A stretch of DNA of 64,000 bases, taken from Oscillospiraceae bacterium (GTDB lineage: Bacteria; Bacillota; Clostridia; Saccharofermentanales; Saccharofermentanaceae). The translations under genes were made by a program, and so were the position numbers. Shown here one piece after another: positions 48,537 to 58,263 of the stretch; position 1 is the stretch's first letter; every line of letters starts with the position of its first letter. The stretch lies in contig CADCJM010000004.1 in the NCBI GenBank assembly GCA_902801755.1, forward strand, positions 4,982 to 68,981. The letters run 5' to 3'. The notes under the pieces are model-generated. The model was not told where the DNA came from and did no database searches. It saw only the letters and a list, made by a program, of their open reading frames with translations.

Positions 48537-49427
48537 TTACTTCGGAGCAGTTATTGCAAAGAAAACATAATCGTCAGTATTCTCATCGTCACCGAAAGGC
48601 TCAGGCGGGCAGAAATCCGGGCTGTTCTCCGCGATAATATCCTGAACAGATCTGCCGGTGTCATTTGCAACATAGACGCACATAAGAAGGCCGTCATAGA
48701 ACTCGGGAACGATGAAATAAGAAGTCGACATTATCTTTACTGTCTGTGATAACAATACTGCTCCGCCATCGTTTTTTGTTTCCGATTTCTCGACTACTGA
48801 TTGACGGAATTCATAGTAATCCAGCCTGTACTTCTCACCCTTATAGATGAAGTTTCCCGTAACACCAAAGCTGTCTATCGACGTTGAGAGAAATACGGAC
48901 GGGATAACCGTGCCTGTATAGAAATCTACGAATTCGACGTTGTGATAGTGGAAGAACGAAGTAGAGTAGGATGCCGGTTCTCTCGCATAGATCGGGAAGA
49001 TCTGCTCGTAATTGACTTCATATACCAGGCAGCCCGGATAATCTTCGTCGCGGTAGACCTGAATGGTAGGTTTGGTTACCGTGGAAATATAGTTCAGGTT
49101 CTCGTTGACCTGGTTATTTCTGGAATCGAGAGCAATATATACGAAGTAATTATCGACATCTGTATTTGCCATGCGGAGTTTCTTGTCAGCGCCCTAGGGC
49201 TTGCTGAAATCATCCACATAGAAATCATCGTAAGTGGCCTTTACGTCGACCAGCGCAAGATTGTGTCTGGGCTTTCCCATAGGAATGGCCGGCGTCGGAA
49301 CCGCCGTAGACGGCGTTGTGTTATCGTCATCAAAAGGCTTCTTTTTGCCATTGCCGGGCTGGCCGCACGATGAAAGAAGCAACGAAAAGACTAATATTGA
49401 AGATATTGCTGCTAAACGTTTTTTCAT
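48537..49427 (-). pseudogene. Lipoprotein interrupted by one in-frame TAG (49194-49196)
   Basis: MKKRLAA...LSSC lipobox; ...FSKP-TAG-GADKKLR-MANTDV in one frame, 297 codons in total. Confidence 0.75.
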
Positions 49428-49501
49428 AAAACTATCCCTGTAAACTATTATCCCGTTCAATCCTTAAGAGGATTATATCATCAGGCAGTTGTTTTACGCG
49501 A

Positions 49502-49533
49502 TAAAAGAGGTTGCCACAAAGCAACCTCTTTTT
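49502..49533. terminator. Terminator after ABC exporter
   Basis: AAAAGAGGTTGC/GCAACCTCTTTT. Confidence 0.8.
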
Positions 49534-49552
49534 AATTCTTTCTTCTGCACGA

Positions 49553-49632
49553 GAGTAAGTTGTTTTGCGAACGATTCTGCGCAAGCGAACGAAGTTCGCG
49601 CGGAAGCCCTGAGTGAGCAAAACAACTTACTC
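49553..49632. repeat. Nested REP-like palindrome with 16-bp perfect arms
   Basis: GAGTAAGTTGTTTTGC...GCAAAACAACTTACTC enclosing GCGAACGAAGTTCGC. Confidence 0.7.
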
Positions 49633-51603
49633 GAGCTCGAATGCTCCTGTATAAAGCTGGTAGTACGTACCCTTCTCTGCAATGAGCTGCTCATGTGAGC
49701 CCCGCTCGATGATCTTACCGTGATCCAATACCATGATGACATCGGAGTTCATGACGGTCGAAAGCCTGTGAGCGATAACGAAAACCGTTCTGCCTTCCAT
49801 GAGCTTATCCATACCGCGCTGAACGATAGCCTCAGTACGTGTATCGATCGAAGATGTAGCTTCATCCAGGATCATTACCGGCGGGTTGGCAACAGCTGCT
49901 CTTGCGATTGCAATAAGCTGTCTCTGACCCTGCGAGAGGTTGGAACCGTTGTTGTTAAGCATCGTGTTGTAACCGTCAGGAAGACGTTCGATAAAGTCAG
50001 AAGCGCCTGCGAGCTTTGCAGCTTCCCTGCACTCTTCATCCGTAGCATCGAGCTTGCCGTAACGGATATTCTCCATAACGGTGCCCGTGAAAAGATTTGT
50101 CTCCTGAAGAACAAGGCCTAAGGATCTTCTCAAGTCCTTCTTCTTTATCTTGTTGACGTTGATGCCGTCATAGCGGATCTTACCGTCAGCGATGTCATAG
50201 AAGCGGTTGATAAGATTCGTGATCGTTGTCTTTCCTGCGCCGGTCGCACCTACGAAAGCAACCTTCTGACCGGGCTTTGCGAAGACGGATACATCGTAAA
50301 GGACCTGCTTTTCGGGCACATAGGCAAAGTCAACTTCATTGAGCAGAACGTCGCCCTTAAGCTCGGTATATGTGATCGTACCGTCTGCCTTGTGGGGATG
50401 CTTCCATGCCCAGTGGCCGGTCTGGTGATCAGCCTCTGTGATCGTGCCGTCAGAAGCGATATTCGCATTAACGAGCGTTACATAGCCGTCGTCTGTCTCA
50501 GGCTTTTCATCGAGAAGGTCAAAGATCCTCTGGGCACCTGCACCTGCCATTACGATCGCATTCATCTGCATCGTGAGCTGGTTGATATTGCCCATGAACT
50601 GCTTGCTTCCGTTAAGGAACGGAACAACGATATCGATGCCCATCGGCAGTCCGGAGAACGAGAAATTAACAACATTCAGTGCCGTCATGATGCCGCCTGC
50701 AACAGCAAGGAGAACATAGATGATGTTACCGATATTGTTGATGATAGGAGCCAGGATATTCGCATAGGAATTAGCTTTGCCGCTGTCGTCGGCAAGACCG
50801 TCATTGAGTTTGTTGAACTCTTCAGTGACCTTGCCCTCGTGGTTAAATACCTTGACGACCTTCTGGCCGTTCATTATCTCCTGAATGTAGCCTTCAGTAG
50901 CGGCAACGGCTTTCTGCTGCCTGATGAAGTACTTGGCCGAACCTGCGCCGACTTTGCCTGTTACGAGCATCATTACAACGATTCCGGCTACCATTATCAA
51001 AGTCAGCCATATGCTGTAACGGAGCATCGTAACAAATACCGTGATAACGACAACACCCGCTCTGATAATGTTCGGGATGGCCATGGATACGAGCTGTCTT
51101 AATGTATCGATATCGTTGGTGTAGTGGCTCATGATGTCGCCGTGCTTATGAGTATCGAAATAGCTCAAAGGCAGTGTCTGCATCTTGTTGAACAGGTCAG
51201 TTCTGAGCTTGTGCAGGAACATCTGCGTCATGTAAGCCATGAGCTGTGAATTCAGGATGCTTACGATCGCAGCTCCTGCATAGATGCAGATAAGCGGGAT
51301 CAGGTATGAAACGATCTTTATCTTTGCAGATTCCCAGTCGCCTGATGCCAGGGTCTCCTCAAGAACCGCTGTGACTTTCTGAAGGAATACCATCGGCAGT
51401 GCGGCAGCAACAGCGTTGTAGATATTGAAGATGACAATGACCCACGTGAGAACGGGGAACAGCTTGATATACATCTTTACAACACGCTTGAGGCTTCCCA
51501 TGGATCCGATGACCTGGGACATCGAAGCCGGGCCTCTGCGTCTTCCGCCGGGTGCGGGTGCTGCTTCTACTTTTTGCTTGGGAGCATTGGGCTTTTTACT
51601 CAT
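49627..51603 (-). CDS. Heterodimeric ABC exporter, subunit B
   Basis: TMD plus GATGAGKTT, LSQGQRQ, DEATSS. Confidence 0.93.
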   Translation of the reverse strand: MSKKPNAPKQKVEAAPAPGGRRRGPASMSQVIGSMGSLKRVVKMYIKLFPVLTWVIVIFNIYNAVAAALPMVFLQKVTAVLEETLASGDWESAKIKIVSYLIPLICIYAGAAIVSILNSQLMAYMTQMFLHKLRTDLFNKMQTLPLSYFDTHKHGDIMSHYTNDIDTLRQLVSMAIPNIIRAGVVVITVFVTMLRYSIWLTLIMVAGIVVMMLVTGKVGAGSAKYFIRQQKAVAATEGYIQEIMNGQKVVKVFNHEGKVTEEFNKLNDGLADDSGKANSYANILAPIINNIGNIIYVLLAVAGGIMTALNVVNFSFSGLPMGIDIVVPFLNGSKQFMGNINQLTMQMNAIVMAGAGAQRIFDLLDEKPETDDGYVTLVNANIASDGTITEADHQTGHWAWKHPHKADGTITYTELKGDVLLNEVDFAYVPEKQVLYDVSVFAKPGQKVAFVGATGAGKTTITNLINRFYDIADGKIRYDGINVNKIKKKDLRRSLGLVLQETNLFTGTVMENIRYGKLDATDEECREAAKLAGASDFIERLPDGYNTMLNNNGSNLSQGQRQLIAIARAAVANPPVMILDEATSSIDTRTEAIVQRGMDKLMEGRTVFVIAHRLSTVMNSDVIMVLDHGKIIERGSHEQLIAEKGTYYQLYTGAFELE

Positions 51604-53338
51604 TGTCCGATCCTCCCTTCGTCTGTTCTTCATAGATCTCACGGTAGATCTCATTGCTCTTTAAGAGCTCCTCGTGAGTACCGGTGCCCATGATCTTGCC
51701 GCCGTCCATGATGATGATCATGTCACAGTCCTGAACGGAAGCGACTCTCTGGGCAATTATTATCTTTGTCGTCTCAGGGATATATTCCTTGAATCCCTTT
51801 CTTATCAAAGCATCTGTTCTGGTATCGACAGCCGATGTGGAGTCGTCCAGGATAAGGATCTTCGGGCGCTTGAGAAGTGCTCTTGCAATGCAGAGCCTCT
51901 GCTTCTGACCGCCTGAGACATTGGTGCCTCCCTGCTCTATATGAGTATCAAACCCTTCCGGGAAAGAAGATACGAACTCATAAGCCTGGGCGATCTTGCA
52001 TGCCTCAACAAGTTCTTCGTCAGATGCGTTCTCATTACCCCATCTGAGGTTCTCGGCAATCGTTCCGGAGAACAGCTCGTTCTTCTGAAGAACGACTGAG
52101 ACAGCGTCTCTTAATGTCTTTACGTCATAATCCTTTACGGGTACACCGCCGACTTTGACCTCGCCTTCAGTAACATCGTAAAGTCTCGGAATGAGCTGGA
52201 TCAAGGTGGTCTTGGATGAACCGGTACCGCCTAAGATACCGACGGACATTCCGCTGTCTATATGAAGGTCGATGTCGAAAAGTGCATTTCTTGCAGCCTT
52301 CTCGGAATACTTGAAAGCCACATCCGTAAAATCGATCGAACCGTCCCTAACTTCCATGACGGGATTCTCGGGATTGGCGATAGAAGGCTTCTCTTCAAGG
52401 ACCTCAACGATACGCTTGGCTGCCTCAACGGACATTGTGAGCATGACGTAGATCATGGAGACCATCATTAGCGACATGAGGACCATGAAGCCGTATGTCA
52501 TAAGTGCTGAGATCTGGCCGATATTGATAACGGTGCCGTTGCTCTGGATAGCCATTTTCGAGCCGACATAAAGAACAAATACAACATTGAAATGCAGGCA
52601 GAGTTCCATGAGAGGAGAGTTAAGTCCGACGATCTTCTCCGCCTTGGTGAAGTCCAGTCTGATATTGTCTGAAGCCTTGCCGAACTTATCCTGCTCGTAT
52701 TCTTCTCTTGCAAAGCCCTTAACGACACGCATGCCGCGGACGTTTTCCTCAATGGATTCATTCATCTTGTCGTACTTCTTGAAAACGGCGCGGAAAGCAG
52801 GCATCGCAAGCTTGCCGATAATGATCAGACCAACAGCAAGAATAGGTACCACGATAACGAAAGTCGTAGCAAGCGAACCTCCGAGAACATATGCCATAAC
52901 GATCGCGAAAGCGAACATCAGGGGCGCTCTTACAGCGATCCTTATCATCATCATAAATGCATTCTGAACGGTAGTGATATCTGTCGTCATTCTCGTGACC
53001 AGAGATGACGTGGAGAATTTGTCTATGTTTCCGAATGAGAATTTCTGGACCTTGGCGAACATGTCAGATCTCAAGTTTCCCGCAAATCCGGCTGATGCCT
53101 TGGCTGAGAAATTGCCGGCCAATGCGCCGCAGGTAAGTGACAGGATCGCGGCTACAGTAATAATGGCGCCGATCTTTAGAATAGTGTCCATACCTGCATT
53201 ATCCTGGATCATATTGACCATGTACGCAGTGATAAACGGTATTACTACTTCAAGAATAACTTCTCCGATAATAAAAACGAGCGACAGAACCGTATCCTTC
53301 GTGTACTGCCGGATAGATTTCATCAGTTTACGTATCAA
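51596..53338 (-). CDS. Heterodimeric ABC exporter, subunit A (degenerate site)
   Basis: TMD plus GGTGSSKT, VSGGQKQR, DDSTSA; TTG behind AGGAGG. Confidence 0.93.
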   Translation of the reverse strand: MIRKLMKSIRQYTKDTVLSLVFIIGEVILEVVIPFITAYMVNMIQDNAGMDTILKIGAIITVAAILSLTCGALAGNFSAKASAGFAGNLRSDMFAKVQKFSFGNIDKFSTSSLVTRMTTDITTVQNAFMMMIRIAVRAPLMFAFAIVMAYVLGGSLATTFVIVVPILAVGLIIIGKLAMPAFRAVFKKYDKMNESIEENVRGMRVVKGFAREEYEQDKFGKASDNIRLDFTKAEKIVGLNSPLMELCLHFNVVFVLYVGSKMAIQSNGTVINIGQISALMTYGFMVLMSLMMVSMIYVMLTMSVEAAKRIVEVLEEKPSIANPENPVMEVRDGSIDFTDVAFKYSEKAARNALFDIDLHIDSGMSVGILGGTGSSKTTLIQLIPRLYDVTEGEVKVGGVPVKDYDVKTLRDAVSVVLQKNELFSGTIAENLRWGNENASDEELVEACKIAQAYEFVSSFPEGFDTHIEQGGTNVSGGQKQRLCIARALLKRPKILILDDSTSAVDTRTDALIRKGFKEYIPETTKIIIAQRVASVQDCDMIIIMDGGKIMGTGTHEELLKSNEIYREIYEEQTKGGSDNE

Positions 53339-53417
53339 GGACTCTTCCTCCTGCGCAAAATAAAACACTTTATTATAGAACAGGATAGAAAATATTTGTA
53401 TTTATTATTTTATTATT

Positions 53418-53446
53418 TTGACGTACTTCTGTTGCGATGTTATTAT
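53418..53446 (+). promoter_or_regulatory. Promoter of acyl-CoA synthetase
   Basis: TTGACG-17-TATTAT with extended TG. Confidence 0.6.
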
Positions 53447-53493
53447 TGTCTTTGGCTTTATTTAGATAAATAAAGCACAAGGGAGGAATATAA

Positions 53494-55131
53494 ATGCCTG
53501 TTACAGATTTATTGAGACGCAATGCCAGAGAGCATGGCGATGAAGTAGCTCTTATCGAGCTCAATCCCGCAATGGAAGATACAAGAAAGATCTCATTTAA
53601 GGAATTCGACCTTGTCCAGCAGACAAAGTCCATGCCTTACCGTCACGAGATCACATGGCAGATCTTCGATGAGAAGTCCAACAGAGTAGCAAATATGCTC
53701 CTGGGCCGCGGAATCAAGAAGGGCGACAAAGTTGCTATCCTTATGTTCAACTGCCTTGAATGGCTTCCTATCTATTTCGGTATCCTGAAGACCGGCGCTA
53801 TCGCTGTTCCTTTTAACTTCAGATATACAGCAAACGAGATCTCATACTGCGCTGACTTAGCCGAGATCTCCGTCATGTTCTTCGGCCCTGAATTCGTGGA
53901 CAGACTTAATATCAATGCAGACGAGATCGCAAAAGACAGACTTCTCCTCTATGTAGGTGACGGTCAGGCTCCCGAATTCGCAGAGAATTACTGGCAGCAG
54001 GTTGCTGACTATTCTTCCAGGGATCCCATGATCGAACTTACTGAAGAAGATTACGCAGCTATCTATTTCTCATCCGGCACGACAGGATTCCCCAAGGCTA
54101 TCCTTCACCCTCACAGAAGCCTTACACAGGCAGCTGAGATGGAAGCCGTTCATCACCAGACAGGCAAGAACGACTGCTTCCTCTGCATCCCGCCTCTCTA
54201 TCACACGGGTGCAAAGTTCCACTGGATGGGTTCTTTGTGGACATGCTCCAAGGCAGTCCTTCTCAAGGGCACAAAGCCTGAAGTTATCTTAAAGGCAGCT
54301 TCCGACGAGCAGTGCACTATCGTATGGCTCCTCGTACCGTGGGCTCAGGACATCCTCGATGCCCTTGACCGCGGCGAATTAAAGCTCTCCGATTATAAGC
54401 TCGATCAGTGGCGTCTTATGCACATCGGCGCACAGCCCGTACCTCCGTCACTTATCCGTCACTGGAAGGATTATTTCCCGAATCACCAGTATGATACGAA
54501 CTACGGTCTTTCCGAATCCACCGGCCCAGGCTGCGTTCACCTTGGACTTGAAAATACTCACAAGGTTGGCGCTATCGGCGTTCCGGGTTACCGTTGGGAG
54601 TGCAAGATCGTTGACGAGAACGGCAACACAGTACCTCAGGGCGAGGTCGGTGAGCTCTGCGTAAAGGGCCCCGGCGTAATGCTCGAATACTATAGAAATC
54701 CTGAAGCAACAAAGGAAACATTAAGAGACGGATGGCTCTTCACAGGCGACATGGCGCGTCAGGATGAAGACGGTTTCTATTTCCTCGTTGACCGTAAGAA
54801 GGATGTTATCGTTTCCGGCGGTGAGAACATCTATCCTGTAGAGATCGAGAACTTCCTCCAGGAATATCCGAAGGTAAAGGACGTTGCAGTTATCGGCCTT
54901 CCCGACAAGAGATTGGGCGAGATCACAGGCGCTATCGTTGAGATCGAACCCGGCAGCGGCTGCACCGTTGAAGAACTCGAAAAGTTCTGCACCCAGCTGC
55001 CCCGTTACAAGAGACCGAAGCAGATAATCTTAGCCGATGTTCCGAGAAATGCCACCGGCAAGATAGAAAAACCCGTTCTCCGTAAGAGATATGGCGCAGA
55101 AAGGCTTGTAGAACAGGAAAATCAGTCTTAA
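53494..55131 (+). CDS. Acyl-CoA synthetase (class I adenylate-forming)
   Basis: FSSGTTGFPK, YGLSE, TGD, GGENIYP. Confidence 0.92.
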   Translation: MPVTDLLRRNAREHGDEVALIELNPAMEDTRKISFKEFDLVQQTKSMPYRHEITWQIFDEKSNRVANMLLGRGIKKGDKVAILMFNCLEWLPIYFGILKTGAIAVPFNFRYTANEISYCADLAEISVMFFGPEFVDRLNINADEIAKDRLLLYVGDGQAPEFAENYWQQVADYSSRDPMIELTEEDYAAIYFSSGTTGFPKAILHPHRSLTQAAEMEAVHHQTGKNDCFLCIPPLYHTGAKFHWMGSLWTCSKAVLLKGTKPEVILKAASDEQCTIVWLLVPWAQDILDALDRGELKLSDYKLDQWRLMHIGAQPVPPSLIRHWKDYFPNHQYDTNYGLSESTGPGCVHLGLENTHKVGAIGVPGYRWECKIVDENGNTVPQGEVGELCVKGPGVMLEYYRNPEATKETLRDGWLFTGDMARQDEDGFYFLVDRKKDVIVSGGENIYPVEIENFLQEYPKVKDVAVIGLPDKRLGEITGAIVEIEPGSGCTVEELEKFCTQLPRYKRPKQIILADVPRNATGKIEKPVLRKRYGAERLVEQENQS

Positions 55132-55136
55132 AATAA

Positions 55137-55170
55137 AAGCCTTGTGTTTTTAGGCACAAGGCTTATTTTT
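55137..55170 (+). terminator. Terminator/processing hairpin
   Basis: AAGCCTTGTG/CACAAGGCTT plus T-tract. Confidence 0.7.
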
Positions 55171-55232
55171 TGAATAAAAATGCTTCTTTGCTTTTTAGAG
55201 GGTGGAAGAAGCAAAAAGTGAGGAACAAAAAC

Positions 55233-56804
55233 ATGGATTTGGCAATCAAGATCATCTTCCTTGTCGTCTTTTTCGCTGTCATGATCGGAATCGGTCTTGT
55301 CACACGTAAAAAGGCGAACAGTGTCGAAGGCTTCGTACTGGGCGGCAGAAATGCAGGACCCTGGCTTACGGCATTCGGTTACGGAACATCCTATTTCTCC
55401 GCTGTAGTATTCATCGGATATGCAGGACAGTTCGGCTGGAAATACGGCGTCGCATCAACCTGGATCGGTATCGGCAACGCAGTTATCGGTTCACTTCTCG
55501 CATGGATCATCCTTGGCAGAAGAACAAGAGTCATGACAAAGCACTTGAACTCCAAGACAATGCCTGACTTCTTCGGCAAGAGATTCGACAGCAAGTCACT
55601 CCGTATCGCTGCTGCACTTATCTCCTTCATCTTCCTTATCCCTTATACATCTTCTGTATATAACGGTCTTTCCAGACTCTTTAACATGGCATTCAACATC
55701 GACTATAAGATCTGCATCATCGTAATGGCAGCTCTTACATGCGTCTATGTTATCCTCGGCGGCTACATGGCAACTGTCGTAAACGACCTTGTACAGGGCG
55801 TCATCATGCTCTTCGGCATCACAGCTGTCATCGCTACTGTTCTTAAAAACAACGGTGGTTTCCTCACCGCACTTACAACACTTTCACAGACAGAATCCGA
55901 CCTTCCCGTCACAGCAGGCATGCAGGGTGCGTTCACATCATTCTTCGGACCTGACCCTCTTAACCTCTTCGGCGTAATCATCCTTACATCTCTTGGTACA
56001 TGGGGTCTTCCCCAGATGGTCGGCAAGTTCTATGCTATCAAGGATGAGAAATCCGTTAAGGCAGGAACTATCATCTCCACTATCTTCGCATTCATCGTTG
56101 CAGGCGGCTGCTACTTCCTTGGCGGCTTTGCAAGACTTTACAAGGACAACTCAGCTATCTATAAGGAAGACGGTTCCGTCATGTACGACTCCATCATCCC
56201 TACAATGCTCGACAACCTCCCTACGATCCTCGTTGGTGTAGTCATCGTACTTGTCCTTTCTGCTTCAATGTCCACACTGTCTTCCCTCGTTCTTACATCG
56301 AGCTCAACAGTTACATTGGACCTCATTGAGCAGATCAAGCCCAAGAAGAACGAAGACAAGAAGAAGAGAGAAAAGACACAGCTCGTTACGATGCGTCTCC
56401 TCCTCGTTTTCTTCATCGCAGTATCAGTACTCCTCTCACTTAACCCTCCGACATTCATCGCACAGCTCATGGGTTATTCATGGGGTGCTCTCGCAGGAGC
56501 TTTCCTCGCACCGTTCCTCTGGGGTCTCTACTGGAAGAAGACAACAAAGCTCTCCGTTTGGGTATGCTTCATCTTCGGCGTAGGCTTCACGGTTGCTAAC
56601 ATGTTCCTGAAGTTCATCGCTTCACCTATCAATGCAGGCGCAGTCACAATGGTTGCAGGCCTCATTATCGTACCTCTCGTAAGCCTTATCACTCCTAAGC
56701 TTGCTAAGGACAAGGTCGACGGCATCTTCTCCTGCTACGACGAGAAGGTCACAGTCGAGAAGAGATACTCCCTTCCCGAGGAAGCACCTGCTGACGAAGC
56801 TTAA
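55233..56804 (+). CDS. Sodium:solute symporter (SSS family)
   Basis: FVLGGR, FSAVVFIGYAG, TMPDFFGKRF, SASMSTLSS; many TMs. Confidence 0.92.
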   Translation: MDLAIKIIFLVVFFAVMIGIGLVTRKKANSVEGFVLGGRNAGPWLTAFGYGTSYFSAVVFIGYAGQFGWKYGVASTWIGIGNAVIGSLLAWIILGRRTRVMTKHLNSKTMPDFFGKRFDSKSLRIAAALISFIFLIPYTSSVYNGLSRLFNMAFNIDYKICIIVMAALTCVYVILGGYMATVVNDLVQGVIMLFGITAVIATVLKNNGGFLTALTTLSQTESDLPVTAGMQGAFTSFFGPDPLNLFGVIILTSLGTWGLPQMVGKFYAIKDEKSVKAGTIISTIFAFIVAGGCYFLGGFARLYKDNSAIYKEDGSVMYDSIIPTMLDNLPTILVGVVIVLVLSASMSTLSSLVLTSSSTVTLDLIEQIKPKKNEDKKKREKTQLVTMRLLLVFFIAVSVLLSLNPPTFIAQLMGYSWGALAGAFLAPFLWGLYWKKTTKLSVWVCFIFGVGFTVANMFLKFIASPINAGAVTMVAGLIIVPLVSLITPKLAKDKVDGIFSCYDEKVTVEKRYSLPEEAPADEA

Positions 56805-56826
56805 TAGACTTTACTTGAAGCATTAT

Positions 56827-56859
56827 AAAGGCCTGTCACTTTGGTGGCGGGCCTTTTTT
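56827..56859. terminator. Terminator after SSS gene
   Basis: AAAGGCCTGTCAC/GTGGCGGGCCTTTTTT. Confidence 0.75.
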
Positions 56860-56896
56860 CTGCGAATGCACGGAAAATCACTGAAAGAGATAATTG

Positions 56897-57547
56897 TCAT
56901 GGGGTAACGGTAGGAGTAGGCGCTGTCTCGCATCCGACACCTCTGAAAAACTCACTTATGACTTTATAATCTGCGCAATCCGTAACGATTAAGAACTTAT
57001 CAGAAGGGTCCTTATAAACACTTAATACCACACTCGGGCCGTATTCTTCTTCAGGATAATTATATCCGACGGCAGCACTGTCATAACGCGTAGAGATAAA
57101 ACTCATGCCATTATCACCTCTAAAACCGGTAAAATCATGGCTGATTACAATGTCAAACTGATAATCCTGAAATGTGCCTCTGATGTTGTATTTACCCTGA
57201 AAATCTATCTTTTCCAGTTTTTCTTTGGCATAAGCCTTAAGTTCATCTTCGTTTGTTTCGGCATCAGGCAATTTAAATTTCAATTCATTATCCGTTACAG
57301 TGTAAGGACTTATATCATATTCGGTATTTGACGGCTCCCCTACATTAGACATGGGATAGATTTTTTGAGTTTTTTTAATGGTTGTTGCATTCGTTGCGTT
57401 CGATGGCGCGGGTTTTGCCGGACCGGGTCTTGCCGGACAGCCTGTTAACAGCAAAGCAGATACAATGACAACAATAACAACGGTTCTCGAATATGCGCCG
57501 GACATAAAGGCCCGAAAACATGTTTTTCCCTTACAGCAATCTCTCAT
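56897..57547 (-). CDS. Hypothetical lipoprotein
   Basis: GGAGG RBS, hydrophobic stretch plus LTGC lipobox, Pro/Thr linker. Confidence 0.7.
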   Translation of the reverse strand: MRDCCKGKTCFRAFMSGAYSRTVVIVVIVSALLLTGCPARPGPAKPAPSNATNATTIKKTQKIYPMSNVGEPSNTEYDISPYTVTDNELKFKLPDAETNEDELKAYAKEKLEKIDFQGKYNIRGTFQDYQFDIVISHDFTGFRGDNGMSFISTRYDSAAVGYNYPEEEYGPSVVLSVYKDPSDKFLIVTDCADYKVISEFFRGVGCETAPTPTVTP

Positions 57548-57766
57548 AAAACCTCCTTTTCCGGAACTGATATTCCCCTCACTAATATTAACTCATTCAT
57601 CAGAACATATCCTGAATAGCACTGATACCATTTATACAGACAGATAAAATGAAATGTTGCAGATACCGGGTGCAGAATAAAGAGGGTGAACTATTATAAA
57701 ATAGAGGTTGAAAAAGCTTTCACTTGCGCGAAAATAATCCGCCGTGACTTCCTCCCGCCCACACAT

Positions 57767-57798
57767 AAAAAGGAGCCGCCCTACCTGGCCAGCTCCTT
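57767..57798 (-). terminator. Terminator of ior-paa operon
   Basis: AAGGAGC/GCTCCTT plus U-tract on minus. Confidence 0.65.
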
Positions 57799-57822
57799 CA
57801 ATAATCCGATAATCAACTTATC

Positions 57823-58245
57823 TTACTGCAGATCTTCCATGCCGAGAGTCGTAACACCGGCTGCATTGAGGATAGCCTCAGCCTTTGCGTTGTCGTCTGT
57901 CTTGATTGCGATGGGAGCGCCCTCGCCGTCAATGGAAAGACCATAGATGTAACTGATGTTGATGCCTGCTGCGTGGATCATGCCTACGACCTTTGCGAGG
58001 GATCCTACTGCGTCAGGAACTACTACAGCGATAACTTCATCGATGCGTGCTGCAAAGCCGGCATCCTTTAAGATCTGCTTAGCCTTGTCGGGATCTTTTG
58101 CAAGGAGACGGAGAACGCCGTATTCCATTGTGTCTGCGAGGCTTGCAGAGAGCAGGTCGATACCGCCCTGTGCAAGGATCTTCAAGACCTCATCAAGTCT
58201 GCCCTCAGTGTTTTCGAGAAAAACCGAAATCTGCTTTACGAACAT
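57823..58245 (-). CDS. Tandem ACT-domain protein
   Basis: KQISVFLENTEGRL; typical partner of paaK/ior. Confidence 0.9.
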   Translation of the reverse strand: MFVKQISVFLENTEGRLDEVLKILAQGGIDLLSASLADTMEYGVLRLLAKDPDKAKQILKDAGFAARIDEVIAVVVPDAVGSLAKVVGMIHAAGINISYIYGLSIDGEGAPIAIKTDDNAKAEAILNAAGVTTLGMEDLQ

Positions 58246-58263
58246 AGTGGTACCTCCCCATAA

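Noticed and set aside
49150-49196. PYLIS/SECIS-type element after the in-frame TAG
   Set aside because: No convincing hairpin recognised and no recoding machinery in the window
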